IMG/VR virus record: IMGVR_UViG_3300000970_000007
Location: 25,311-89,310 of that record
DNA: 64,000 nt
Direction: 5' to 3' (one strand)
Source of the DNA: a virus
The position numbers were made by a program, and so were the translations under genes. The notes below the pieces were generated by a model. That model saw only the letters and a list, made by a program, of their open reading frames with translations. It did no database searches and was not told the DNA's origin. Positions within the stretch are counted from its first letter, which is position 1. The number at the start of each line of letters is the position of its first letter. Of this stretch, positions 40,405 through 51,267 are shown in pieces.

Positions 40405-42702
40405 ATGGATAATTTTAAAAATATGGATGAAGCAATCAAACATGCTTTCAAACATAATTTACCACATATAAATTTCAAAGGTCAAGATTTATATTTCGAA
40501 GATGTGAAAGATGACGAGTATAAAGATGTTGACACTTTTGAAGTAGGAGGAGAGATATCTTTCCAAGAAGTTTTTGAAAACTTAACTTATGAAGATGGTG
40601 GAGAGTTTTTAGATGAGGAAACGAACCTAATGGTTGATCCTGTATCTGAAATGGAGAGACTTCTATTAGAAAGTAAAGGTACACCAAAACCCAAAGAAGA
40701 AAAACAATTATCTTTAGAAGAAGCACTAGTTAGTGAAAAAATAGAAGGTAATGACCGAAAACCTGCTAATGCTGAATTAGAAGATGGAGAATATATGCTT
40801 TATCCAAATGGTGAGATACAAGAGGTTGTAGGGAAAGACCATGAGGAAGGAGGGGAGAAGTTTAACTTACCAAAAGGAACTTTAATATTGTCTAATAACT
40901 TAAAAATAGATAAGGACATAGTTAAAACTTTAAAAGAGGACTATGATGTTAAGGTTAATACTAAAAACACTTATGCAGAAGCAGTATCTAAACTTACAGA
41001 TAAAATAGGTTTAACAACTTTGACAAAAGATCAAGAGTTCTTAATTAAAAAATTAAAAGACTTGAATATTGAATCTCCTAGTTATGAAACAAACTCTAAA
41101 TATATTAAAGAGAAGTTAACTCAACTAGAAAAAAGAAGAGAAGATCTTAATGCAACTAGACAACAAGTTTTTGGATTACTTTATAGTGAACAAGAGAATT
41201 CAAAAAAAAGTACTGAAAATACTAAAAACACTAGTAAATTCGATGATGGAGGGGAAACAGGAGAAGAGGAAAAACCTGCAAACTTCTTTGGGTTAGATTT
41301 TAATTCTAATTCTTTTAGTAATAAAGAGGAGTTTGAAAGACGTAAACAAGGTGCTACAAAATCAGGTTTTGGTAAAATAACCAAAGACAATATCGAAGAT
41401 GTGATGAAAGCTCTTTATAGAAACTTCCCTAATATAGTTTCTAGAGAAGATGTTTTTAATGCAGGTTATGATGAAGATGGAAATTTCACTTATAATAAAG
41501 ACATTGATTTTTCTAAGAAAAACAAGTTTGTTGAAAAATTTCAAACTTTAGAAAAAGAAAGAATGGCTTCTGTTATAAAAGACATCAAAGATAATCCAGA
41601 AGTTTATGGAGAAGATGCTGTAAAGGAAGCAGAGAATTATAGATTAAACCAAACATTTGATGATTCAGTTGCTAGAGCTGTGGATTCAAAACTCGGTAAT
41701 TTTACAGCAGGTAGATTTAGCATTAAAACAAACATAGTAAAACCAGAAGAGTTAGAACTTCTAAGATCAAAAAATATTAGAACAGTTAAAGATTTAATGA
41801 AAGCTGTGAATAATGGAGAAGTTGATTTATCAGATGAAACCATAGAAAAAGCTAAGAAAATAAACTCAACTCTTAGTGAAAACTCTGACCTAGGATTTTC
41901 TGATATAGTAGAAACTAACACCTCTGAGGGACCAGGTGCTAAAGACAAAACTCAAGAAAATAAAGAGACGCAAAACTTAGATTCAGAAGTAGTGGATAAT
42001 ACTGGAAAACTAGTAGCTAAAAAAAGAGATAAAGGAGATTTTTATTATATAGCCCCTGATCAATCAATGTTACCACCCTCTGCTATTGAACCACATCTTA
42101 AAGTTAAGAATAGATTTGGCAGATTAGATCCTGTTAAGATAACAAACGAAGCTAATTTACAAGAGCTGTTTAGACAACAAAACTTTGCTGAAAGTCAAGC
42201 ACCTGGAGGAGGGCAAAGAGCTGCTTTCATAGCAAATGTAACTGCAAACACACAAAGAGCAGCAAATAACTCTATAACTCAAGTAAACATAGCTAATGCA
42301 CAGAATCAACAACGTGCTGACCAATTTAATATCAACCAGGCTGATAGAGAAAACATAGCTGAGGGCAACAATGCTTTAGATTTCGAAAGAAGACAACTTA
42401 CAGCAAAAGCTAAAACTGAAAAAGATTTAAGAGATTACTTTGAGTTTAACAGGAAAGTTAGATTGAATAATATTCTTAAGCAACAAGAGCTCAGTGCTAT
42501 AAATGCTATGTCAGAAGACTATTCAATAGATCCTTTCGGAAATACTTATTTTGATCCTCAATATGAATTTGTACCTACAAGTAACAACTCTTCAAACAGC
42601 CTTGAAGCAGAAGAAGATATTGATTCTAAACTAAAAAAAGCTAACTTAGAGATAAAAAGGCTAGAATTACAAAGAAGACAGAATAAATTAAACAAAGGTT
42701 AA
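40405..42702 (+). CDS. putative internal virion (cargo) protein
   Basis: 765 aa; NAELEDGEY...GKDHEEGG segment; Gln/Asn/Ala-rich helical C-terminus; no Cys. Confidence 0.65.
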   Translation: MDNFKNMDEAIKHAFKHNLPHINFKGQDLYFEDVKDDEYKDVDTFEVGGEISFQEVFENLTYEDGGEFLDEETNLMVDPVSEMERLLLESKGTPKPKEEKQLSLEEALVSEKIEGNDRKPANAELEDGEYMLYPNGEIQEVVGKDHEEGGEKFNLPKGTLILSNNLKIDKDIVKTLKEDYDVKVNTKNTYAEAVSKLTDKIGLTTLTKDQEFLIKKLKDLNIESPSYETNSKYIKEKLTQLEKRREDLNATRQQVFGLLYSEQENSKKSTENTKNTSKFDDGGETGEEEKPANFFGLDFNSNSFSNKEEFERRKQGATKSGFGKITKDNIEDVMKALYRNFPNIVSREDVFNAGYDEDGNFTYNKDIDFSKKNKFVEKFQTLEKERMASVIKDIKDNPEVYGEDAVKEAENYRLNQTFDDSVARAVDSKLGNFTAGRFSIKTNIVKPEELELLRSKNIRTVKDLMKAVNNGEVDLSDETIEKAKKINSTLSENSDLGFSDIVETNTSEGPGAKDKTQENKETQNLDSEVVDNTGKLVAKKRDKGDFYYIAPDQSMLPPSAIEPHLKVKNRFGRLDPVKITNEANLQELFRQQNFAESQAPGGGQRAAFIANVTANTQRAANNSITQVNIANAQNQQRADQFNINQADRENIAEGNNALDFERRQLTAKAKTEKDLRDYFEFNRKVRLNNILKQQELSAINAMSEDYSIDPFGNTYFDPQYEFVPTSNNSSNSLEAEEDIDSKLKKANLEIKRLELQRRQNKLNKG

Positions 42703-42722
42703 TAAATATTTTCTTAATTTCT

Positions 42723-42753
42723 TTTGATATATGTAAAACTATTGCTATATTTG
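42723..42753 (+). promoter_or_regulatory. Bacteroidota sigma-A promoter TTTG-N19-TATATTTG
   Basis: TTTG at 42723-42726 and TATATTTG at 42746-42753: consensus match with canonical spacing. Confidence 0.8.
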
Positions 42754-42778
42754 AAAGTTATATAATTTTACAAAACAA

Positions 42779-45700
42779 ATGGCAAACGCTTATTCATTAA
42801 ATAATAATTACGACGCTGATATATTCTCTCCCAATATCAACCTGATAAATCAAGTATTACAGACTAAACAAACAAAGTTAGATAATAATAGATTAAGAGT
42901 AGAACAAGCATTAAGTCAAGTTGAAAATCTTGATCTTATTAGAGGAGTAGATAAAGAATACGCTGCTAATAGGTTACAAAAAGTAAACGAAATTGTAGAC
43001 AGATATGCTAATTTAGACTTATCTTCTAATAACCTAACACGTTCTTTAACAGGGGACATTGCTCAAGTAGTAGATGACAAAGTAAAGAACGCTTTAGTTT
43101 CCACTAAAATATATAGAGCAGAACAAGATAAATGGGCTAAGTTTTCAGAGAAGAATCCAGACAAGTATTTAGACAGAAATAAAGCATACTCGATGAGAGC
43201 TGCTAACGCTTGGTTACAATCAGATCAACTAGATAAATCTTATAACGGAGGTGCTGGAATTATTCAAGCAAGTGATTACCGTTCTAAATTAGCAGAAGCG
43301 TTACCTAAAGCTTTAAAAGATGTAGGTTTTACAACAGAGATAGATGATTTCGGTCAAACTGTTTATAGAGATAAAGGTAAAGGAGGACCATTAACCTTAC
43401 AAGAAGCTACTGTTAAGTACAGAGAGATAACTAAAAATAAAGTAGGAGATTTAGCAAAAACTTTATTGTCACAACAAGATTATCAACAGATGCAAATAGA
43501 TGCATGGGATAGCTTTGGTAGAGGAACTCAAGAAGATTTAGTTAGAGAACAATATGTTCAGTCAAAGAAGAAAAATAAAAATTATTATAGTAAATTAATA
43601 AAAGATACTCAAGAATATATAGAGACTAATAACTTAACAGAAGATCAAGAACGACCTTTAAAAGAAAGAATAAAAGCTTTTAAATCAGCTATAAACAATC
43701 AAGATAACGCAATAACTAACAGTTTACAAAAAAGTAACGATGCTTTATCTTTTGAGTTATATAGTCAAGATTACCTAGACAATGTTTCCAATGCTTATAA
43801 GGTTGAAAAAACAATGGTTGAAAGAAAGATAGAAGATAACAAAGCTGCTATCATGAGTTATAGACATATACTCGATCTTAACAAAGAAGAGTTTAAAGCT
43901 TCTTTAAAAAATCAAGGTTCTACAAAAGGTAATGTAGAAGTAAAAGGTAAAGAATTCGGGGGCAACCCTGTTGAATTAGAACCGAGTGATTTACCTACTT
44001 ATGAAAGTGCTGTTAATTCAGGGAAAACAGTTACTACTCCAGATGGTAATTATACTATTACTCCTTCTGGTTTGAAATTAAAGGTAAATAAAAATGCTGG
44101 TATAATATCTACTGGTAACGAAGATGATAAATTATCTAAAGAAGATGCCTTTAATAAAAAAGTTTTTGATTTGTATGAAGGAGACATATCTGATTTTTTT
44201 CAAGGAGAACCTCTTACAGGTGAAGTATTGGTTAAACTTGTAAACTATGACTATGGAGGTACTATAAAAGTAGGAGGGGAAGTTAAAGAGGTAACCCCAG
44301 CTCTAGAAGAAAAAATATTCAAATTAAAGAACCATGCTTCTCAATTAAAAGAAGAGTTCAATATGATATATAGTTCTTCAAATAAAGGTGCTGAAAAAAT
44401 ACAAGAATCAATTATAGAAAGTACAGATGTCGATATAAACAATCTCGATGACTTTAGAGTTACATTAGTACAAGGAGAAGACGGTGAGTTTAAAGCAGTG
44501 AGTAGTGCTATAAACCAGTTTGAAGCAAAAGATGATTATTCTTTACTTTTAAGTAAAGCAAAGTCTAATAGAGATTCATTAACACCCTCTGAAGAAGAGA
44601 CTCTTCTTTTAAAGTCAAAATTACATTATGCAAAAGCAATGTTCGATAGTTCAAGGTTTTCAGAAAAACAAGTAAACTCATACTTACGTTCTATTTCTGA
44701 TAAATATGATCCTGAAAGAAGTATTTTACCTACTGATGTAGCAGGTTTAAAAAGTTATGATGGAGATTTCAGATATGATAAACCTCGATTTGGAGACAAG
44801 GATTTCCTTGCTTTAGGAAGAGGAGATCTAGAAAAACCTGGAAAAAGCTTTTTTAAAGATGAAAATACCCTACTTGACAAAGACGGTAACGGTATAGGAG
44901 TCTTAGATTATCTAAAAAACCAAAAAACATCTTTAAAAGCTGATTTTGAAAATTTATTTTCAGATAATATAAAACAAAATTCATCTGATTCTTTTACTTT
45001 AAATAATGCTAGTCAAGTATTAGGAGATAATAATTTAGATTTTATATCAAGAATTCAGTTAAAATCTAAGAGTGAGTTGAATAATTTAAAAATAGTTGAT
45101 AAAGAGAGTTTGACTTTTTCAAAAATACCAGGAACAAATGAGTATGCTGTGAAAGGTAAGTTTCAATATACAACTCCTAAAAAAAATAAGGATGGGGAAA
45201 TTACTGGAGAATCAAAAATAACTTTAAATTCTACTTTTAATCCTGAAGACGCAGATAAAAAAGACGAAGGAAGAGCTTACATTAAAATATCAGAAAATGA
45301 TTTAAATAACATAACTTCATTTAAAGTTAGTGAAGGAGGTTACAATCAATATTCTATGAAGCAGAGAGGTATGAATGCAGAGTCTTTTACTCCTAGAGCA
45401 CCTAAAATTATCTCTACCTTTGGATATAATAATGGTTTGAATGTAACACAAGTAGAGGGAGTAGAACCTGCTTTTAATGATAAAGTTAAACAAGCATATG
45501 AAACCTTAAAAACAAATGAGCTTTTAAAAGGAGTGAGATTACCTGAATTACAAGAGCAAGATCTTCTAAATGTCATTAAAAAAGCACCTATTAGTGTAAC
45601 TTATACACCTAGTAAAGAAGGTTACACTCAAATTATACATTCTGAATTAGTAAATCGCAAACAAGTGTTACCTATTTCTGAATTAAGTTATGAAACTATA

Positions 45701-45805
45701 AAAGGTTTTAATAAAGATAATGAAGATTTAATGGCAATGTCTTATGCAACTGCTATGTATAACTTGTATATGGTACAATTAGAAGAAGCTAATAAAAGTA
45801 AATAA
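42779..45805 (+). CDS. putative internal virion (ejection) protein
   Basis: 1008 aa, Cys-free, within the cargo block. Confidence 0.6.
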   Translation: MANAYSLNNNYDADIFSPNINLINQVLQTKQTKLDNNRLRVEQALSQVENLDLIRGVDKEYAANRLQKVNEIVDRYANLDLSSNNLTRSLTGDIAQVVDDKVKNALVSTKIYRAEQDKWAKFSEKNPDKYLDRNKAYSMRAANAWLQSDQLDKSYNGGAGIIQASDYRSKLAEALPKALKDVGFTTEIDDFGQTVYRDKGKGGPLTLQEATVKYREITKNKVGDLAKTLLSQQDYQQMQIDAWDSFGRGTQEDLVREQYVQSKKKNKNYYSKLIKDTQEYIETNNLTEDQERPLKERIKAFKSAINNQDNAITNSLQKSNDALSFELYSQDYLDNVSNAYKVEKTMVERKIEDNKAAIMSYRHILDLNKEEFKASLKNQGSTKGNVEVKGKEFGGNPVELEPSDLPTYESAVNSGKTVTTPDGNYTITPSGLKLKVNKNAGIISTGNEDDKLSKEDAFNKKVFDLYEGDISDFFQGEPLTGEVLVKLVNYDYGGTIKVGGEVKEVTPALEEKIFKLKNHASQLKEEFNMIYSSSNKGAEKIQESIIESTDVDINNLDDFRVTLVQGEDGEFKAVSSAINQFEAKDDYSLLLSKAKSNRDSLTPSEEETLLLKSKLHYAKAMFDSSRFSEKQVNSYLRSISDKYDPERSILPTDVAGLKSYDGDFRYDKPRFGDKDFLALGRGDLEKPGKSFFKDENTLLDKDGNGIGVLDYLKNQKTSLKADFENLFSDNIKQNSSDSFTLNNASQVLGDNNLDFISRIQLKSKSELNNLKIVDKESLTFSKIPGTNEYAVKGKFQYTTPKKNKDGEITGESKITLNSTFNPEDADKKDEGRAYIKISENDLNNITSFKVSEGGYNQYSMKQRGMNAESFTPRAPKIISTFGYNNGLNVTQVEGVEPAFNDKVKQAYETLKTNELLKGVRLPELQEQDLLNVIKKAPISVTYTPSKEGYTQIIHSELVNRKQVLPISELSYETIKGFNKDNEDLMAMSYATAMYNLYMVQLEEANKSK

Positions 45806-45822
45806 TTACAAAACCAACTAAA

Positions 45823-48800
45823 ATGGATAATCCACCTATTCTATTGTCTGAAATACTTAGAGAAGTAGAGACTAACAAGGTTAATCAAAATAACATAAGC
45901 GGAAACATAGGTAGTGTTTCACCACTTAATAATCAAAGTATACCAGAATTAGATTTATTATCATTAAACAATTTTCAGTCCACTCGTTCCCTTGCGGAAG
46001 AAACTAAACCAGGAGATTTCGGTTTTGATATAAGAGATTATGGTAATGAATTAAACGACGGGTCTTTCTCATTTAAGGATCAAACTTTCAAAGCGTTTGA
46101 AAGTCCTGCTCAAGTAGATGAACGTTATGCTCAAAATCAAACAGGTTGGGAGCAATTTAAAAATGGTATAGGAAAAGCTGTTGTAAAAGCAGGTGTATAT
46201 GCAATAGATGGAACTATAGGTACAGCTTATGGAATAGCTAGTGCAATAGGAGAAGGTAGTTTTGAAGCATTGTATAATAATGATTTTGCAAAAAGTCTAG
46301 ATGATTTCAATGCAGAGTTGGATAATGATTTACCTAATTATTATACAGAGCATGAAAAAGAAATGGGGTTTTTATCTTCATTAGGTACTGCTAACTTCTG
46401 GGCAAATGATTTTGCTGGAGGACTATCTTTTCTAGCAGGAACTGTTTTAAGTGAAGGTGCGTTAGTACTAGCTACAGGAGGAGGAAGTGCTGCAACTACT
46501 TTAGGTAAATTTGCTCTAAGAAACTCTGCTAAGAAATTAGGAAAAGAAGTAGCTGAGCAGACTTTTAAGAAAGGAGGTAAGAAATTACTAAATGCTGGAA
46601 GAGTAGGGAGAGCAGTTGATTTGTCATCTTTTGCAATACGTTCAAGTGTTTACGAAGCAGGTATGGAGGCTAGACTTTCTATCAAAGAAGCTACTGATAA
46701 TTATATAAATAATTATAAGTTAGATAACAGTGGAAAAAGTCCCTCTGGAGATGAGTTATTGACTTTTATAGGAGATGCTAAATCAGCAGCCAATGGTGTT
46801 TTTGCAGCTAATATGGCAATACTTGCTCCTTCTAACTTACTAATGTTTGGTAAATTAGGCACAAAAGGTATTAAGGAGACTTCTAACAGTTTCTTGAATA
46901 GAAAATTTTTAGGTTTAGGTTACAAACCTATTAAACAAGAGGGTAAAGAGCTAGTAGGAGAAGTTATTAAAGCTAATGTAATACAGAAAACAATAGGTAG
47001 AACATCTAACTTCTTAGCTAAACCTTTAACAGAGGGTATATGGGAAGAAGGGTTACAAGGAGTAGCTACTAAAACCATGATGAATTACTTAGATACTAAA
47101 TATGACCCTAATGCAAATTTAGAAACATTAAGTGTCACAAATAGTTTCTACGAAGCCTTGTCAGAACAATATGGTACTAAAGAAGGATGGAAAGAAAATC
47201 TATTAGGAAGCATGATTGGTATGGTAGGAGGTTCATTTACTTCTTTTACAAAGAATTTAAAAGGAGGTTTAGGAAACGCTGTATCTAACACAGAGGCTTT
47301 ACCTGGTTTTGGTAAAGAAAGTTATAGTTATAAGGTGGCTCAGAATGAAAAGCAAGTTCAAGCTATGAATAAGCGAAATAAGGCTTTATTCGAAAGAGTT
47401 AACAACACTGCTTTCATGTCTAATAATATAAAAAGGCAAGAAGCTCAAGAACAAGAGGGTATAAGTTATACCGAATCTTCTACTATAGACATGAATGAAG
47501 ATTGGGCTTATATTAACTCAATGGCTTCTATGAAAAGTTCATCTGAATTAAAAGAAGATTATAGTTACGCTATAGACAATATAAAAGTTTCAGAAGAATA
47601 TGTTAAGGAAAACAATATAACAGAGGAACAATTAAATCAATTCAGAGAGAACAAAAAACAAAAATTCAATAATAGAGTTGATGCTGCTTTGCAGGCAAAA
47701 CAAGCTATAAAATACCTAAACGTTGATCTAGGGGTATCAGAAGCTAATAAATCAGTAGTAGAAGATGCATTAGCTTACAATTTGTATAGTGGTAAAGAGA
47801 GTTTAACGAACGCAGAAGAGTTAGGTACTCAATTGAATGAGTTAGTAGGTAAAGATAAAGTATTCGAAAGTGTTAAGTACTTTGAAAGTTTGACTAGTGA
47901 ACAAGCTAAAGTAGTAGATGAAATAAGAACGCTTGATAAGGATATAAAAGACTTGCAGGAAAAAAGTATGCGTTTTGCTAAGTTTCCCAATCTTAGAACT
48001 TTTAATAAAGCTAAAAATACATCAGAGTCTTTTAGAGAGAAAGAAATTGCTAAAAACATAGAGATAACAAAACTTAATGATGAGTTATTAGATAAACAAT
48101 CTAAAAAAGATAAGTTAACAGAGCAGTTAGAAAATCAAAAAACTAATCAGTCTTTCTATTCGGCAGAAACAAAAGACTTAGCTAGTAATTTCTCAGAAAC
48201 AAATGTATTAGAAGCCATAGAGCAATTAGATAATTTAGATAATTATGTAGATGCTTTAGAAGCTGATGGACGAGTACAAGATGCTGCTGTAATAAACAAT
48301 GTTTTAAGAGAGTTGAAATTTAATTTAGCTTCTTCTAGAGAAACTAATAACCAGTTTAAAGCAATGGCTTCATCTGATTATTTTAAAACAAAGTCTCTTA
48401 GAAAGTTGATTAGTAAGATAACAGGTCCTAAGTATGTAATGTCAGAAGATGTTAAAACAAAAATAAGAGATAATAATAGTATTGTAGACAAAGCTCTTAA
48501 ATCAACAGGTATAGAAAGCAACATTGATAATGCTGATTTTTTAGAAAAACTAATCCAAGATAGTCCAGAACTTTCAGATAAAAATAAGTTTCATTTAGAA
48601 CTTATGATTAGAAACATTATTCAAAGTAGCGTATCTAATGAACAGTTGAATATAGAAGTACCTAGCACTAAGGTACAAAAAGAAGAGGTTAAAAAAGTAA
48701 ATGATATACCTCGATCAGGAGCTAGATTGAAAGATGTAAAAGTTGATATAAGTAATAACCCAACATTAGATTATATTAAAAAAACAATAGATACTATTAT

Positions 48801-51261
48801 AGATAGTAGCGATCAGCTAGGAGATTTAATTTATCTTAGAAATCCTGAAAATCTAAAAACCCAAAAAGAAATAAAGGATTTACAACAAAAACAAGAAGAG
48901 TCTGATGCTAAAAAAAATTCTTTAGAAATAAACTTAGAAACCGAAAAAGGCTTAGAAGAAAAAGATGAGGAAGCTATAAAAAACCTTGAAAAAGAAATAA
49001 GTGAGTTACCTGATTATACACAAGAGATAGAAAAATTAAAATCTTCTTTACAAGAAGAAGGTTCTGATGAAATAAGACCAACGAAAGCCAACTATGAAAG
49101 GTTGGAAACCTTACTAGGTAAAAGCAATCTTACTGAAAAAGAGAAATTAGAGCTGGAAAACCTATCCAACTTTGTAGAACAGTGGATAACTCTTGATGGA
49201 ACAGTTGCTGACGGTGTATCTCTTACAGATTTGATACAACAAAAAGTAGATTTAGAGAAATTACCTGAAAACTTTGAAAATACTACTGAAAACCAAGAAC
49301 CAGATGAGTTGTTTGAGTCTAGTAATAGTGTAGCTATAAATGGTTCCCAAAGTTTTACCATTAGTGTAAATAAATTATACAAGGATACTTTAGATATAAC
49401 AGGGGTTACTTTTAAAGAGTTTGTGAGAATAACTAATCCTAATAACAAAACTGATCTATTAAGTAAAGAAGTGGAACCAGGGGATACTTTAGAATTAGAA
49501 TTAAACGACGGGATTTTACCAATAAAAATAGGAGAATTAGGAGGTATAGAGGTTGTAAAAGATAATATATCTTTATTGAATACTACTCCTATTAAAATCA
49601 TAAATACCTCTAAAAACCAATCAACACACTATAACGTAACTTTAATAGAAGAAAATGGAATTATTCGACCTTTACAATCTGATTATGCAAGTCAGATGGA
49701 TGGTAACAGAGAAGTTAATGAAGTTGCAATATATGAGACAAAAGAAAAAGAACCTTTAAGTTTAAGAATTAATTTAAATGATAGTTATAATCAAAAACTA
49801 CTAGAAAGTATACCTGACTCTGAGACTTTAACAGAAGAAGATAGAAACGCAGTAGCTACTTACAACATTGAAAAAAATAAATTAGATAACTTAGAAAGAA
49901 AAGAAGAAGAATTATCTTTAAAACCTCAATCAAAATTCAAAACGGAAGAAGAAGCGTTAGACAGCGTGGAAACAAATGATAAGGTTTTAGAATTAGAACA
50001 AGAAATAGAGGTCTTATCTGAAAAAATAGAATTACTAGAGTCTTCTATTAGTAAGGAAAACTTAGAAAAGTCTGAATTAGAGTTGAGAGAATTAGCTTTA
50101 GATAAATTAAATTCAGAGTTAGAGGTTAAAGATAAAGAGTTGACATCTTTGATAGTTTCTTTAGAAGCACAAGTTGTTAAAGAATTTAAAGAGACATCTG
50201 ATATTAAAGAAAAGTTAAAGGCTATAAGGAGTGAAAGAACAGAACAAGGTCGTAAAGTTTCTTCCTTGAAAAGAGTACTCCCAAAAAACACTGTTAATAA
50301 TAAATTATCTTCATCAGAATTAGCAGACTTAAAAGAGAATTTAAAGCAAGGTTTAGTTATATCTATTTATACAAATAGAGGAGAAGGTGATTATGTAGGT
50401 ACTTTAAAAAGCCAAAGAAACCCTGAAAATTTATCAGTAGGTATAGAGAACTTCAATGCATTTAGAGATAGCATTATTGAAAAATATTTCGATGAAATAA
50501 TAAGTTCAAAAGGACAAGAGCTTAGACTTAACGAAGAAGTAAGTAATCAAAGTGTTTATTTAGGACATCCTAATTATAAATATGTAAGAGAAGGTGGTAA
50601 GATAACTACTGAGTATATTGAACTAACTCCTAATCAAGCTAAAGACGTTGTTGACGTAGGTTATGTAGAAAATGGTAAGTTACAAACTAGAAATGAAGTT
50701 GAAAATATAGATGTAACTTTTACGAAACCTATTAAAACAAAAGGTAAAACAGGAGTAGTAGTTATAAATAGATTTGGTAAAAACATAGCAATACCTGTTA
50801 ATGCAAAAAACTCTAACGAAAATTATGGTAAAAGATTAGAAGATATTTACAGAAAGGGGACTAAATCTCCAGAAATGGCTTTAGAATTGAACAAAGTTTT
50901 ATTAGAAGCAGGTGTTAACCCTAAAAAAGAAGGTTTTATATTCATAAGTGCTAAGAAAGATGGTAATAATATAAATGATAAAGAAATATTAAATAAAGTT
51001 GCTGAATTAAGTAATAAAGACTACTTTTACAACGTAGAAGACTGGGCTAAAAAAGATTCTGATTTAGAACTAATAGCTAATAGCCAAGTTGTTACTAATA
51101 TAGATATGAACAGACCTTTTATTTCACCAAAACTAATGTTAGATATACCTACTATGACTGTACCTTCACAAGTAAACTCGTCTAAAGTAAGTAAACAAAG
51201 TAAATTAAGCCAAGGAGGTAGTTCAAAACTTTCTTCTATATTAAGTCAAAAAGGTTGTTAA
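45823..51261 (+). CDS. large ejection / DNA-delivery protein
   Basis: 1812 aa; Gly/Ala hydrophobic segments, EGIWEEGLQ motif, long coiled coils; the only Cys is the last residue. Confidence 0.65.
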   Translation: MDNPPILLSEILREVETNKVNQNNISGNIGSVSPLNNQSIPELDLLSLNNFQSTRSLAEETKPGDFGFDIRDYGNELNDGSFSFKDQTFKAFESPAQVDERYAQNQTGWEQFKNGIGKAVVKAGVYAIDGTIGTAYGIASAIGEGSFEALYNNDFAKSLDDFNAELDNDLPNYYTEHEKEMGFLSSLGTANFWANDFAGGLSFLAGTVLSEGALVLATGGGSAATTLGKFALRNSAKKLGKEVAEQTFKKGGKKLLNAGRVGRAVDLSSFAIRSSVYEAGMEARLSIKEATDNYINNYKLDNSGKSPSGDELLTFIGDAKSAANGVFAANMAILAPSNLLMFGKLGTKGIKETSNSFLNRKFLGLGYKPIKQEGKELVGEVIKANVIQKTIGRTSNFLAKPLTEGIWEEGLQGVATKTMMNYLDTKYDPNANLETLSVTNSFYEALSEQYGTKEGWKENLLGSMIGMVGGSFTSFTKNLKGGLGNAVSNTEALPGFGKESYSYKVAQNEKQVQAMNKRNKALFERVNNTAFMSNNIKRQEAQEQEGISYTESSTIDMNEDWAYINSMASMKSSSELKEDYSYAIDNIKVSEEYVKENNITEEQLNQFRENKKQKFNNRVDAALQAKQAIKYLNVDLGVSEANKSVVEDALAYNLYSGKESLTNAEELGTQLNELVGKDKVFESVKYFESLTSEQAKVVDEIRTLDKDIKDLQEKSMRFAKFPNLRTFNKAKNTSESFREKEIAKNIEITKLNDELLDKQSKKDKLTEQLENQKTNQSFYSAETKDLASNFSETNVLEAIEQLDNLDNYVDALEADGRVQDAAVINNVLRELKFNLASSRETNNQFKAMASSDYFKTKSLRKLISKITGPKYVMSEDVKTKIRDNNSIVDKALKSTGIESNIDNADFLEKLIQDSPELSDKNKFHLELMIRNIIQSSVSNEQLNIEVPSTKVQKEEVKKVNDIPRSGARLKDVKVDISNNPTLDYIKKTIDTIIDSSDQLGDLIYLRNPENLKTQKEIKDLQQKQEESDAKKNSLEINLETEKGLEEKDEEAIKNLEKEISELPDYTQEIEKLKSSLQEEGSDEIRPTKANYERLETLLGKSNLTEKEKLELENLSNFVEQWITLDGTVADGVSLTDLIQQKVDLEKLPENFENTTENQEPDELFESSNSVAINGSQSFTISVNKLYKDTLDITGVTFKEFVRITNPNNKTDLLSKEVEPGDTLELELNDGILPIKIGELGGIEVVKDNISLLNTTPIKIINTSKNQSTHYNVTLIEENGIIRPLQSDYASQMDGNREVNEVAIYETKEKEPLSLRINLNDSYNQKLLESIPDSETLTEEDRNAVATYNIEKNKLDNLERKEEELSLKPQSKFKTEEEALDSVETNDKVLELEQEIEVLSEKIELLESSISKENLEKSELELRELALDKLNSELEVKDKELTSLIVSLEAQVVKEFKETSDIKEKLKAIRSERTEQGRKVSSLKRVLPKNTVNNKLSSSELADLKENLKQGLVISIYTNRGEGDYVGTLKSQRNPENLSVGIENFNAFRDSIIEKYFDEIISSKGQELRLNEEVSNQSVYLGHPNYKYVREGGKITTEYIELTPNQAKDVVDVGYVENGKLQTRNEVENIDVTFTKPIKTKGKTGVVVINRFGKNIAIPVNAKNSNENYGKRLEDIYRKGTKSPEMALELNKVLLEAGVNPKKEGFIFISAKKDGNNINDKEILNKVAELSNKDYFYNVEDWAKKDSDLELIANSQVVTNIDMNRPFISPKLMLDIPTMTVPSQVNSSKVSKQSKLSQGGSSKLSSILSQKGC

Positions 51262-51267
51262 AGAATT

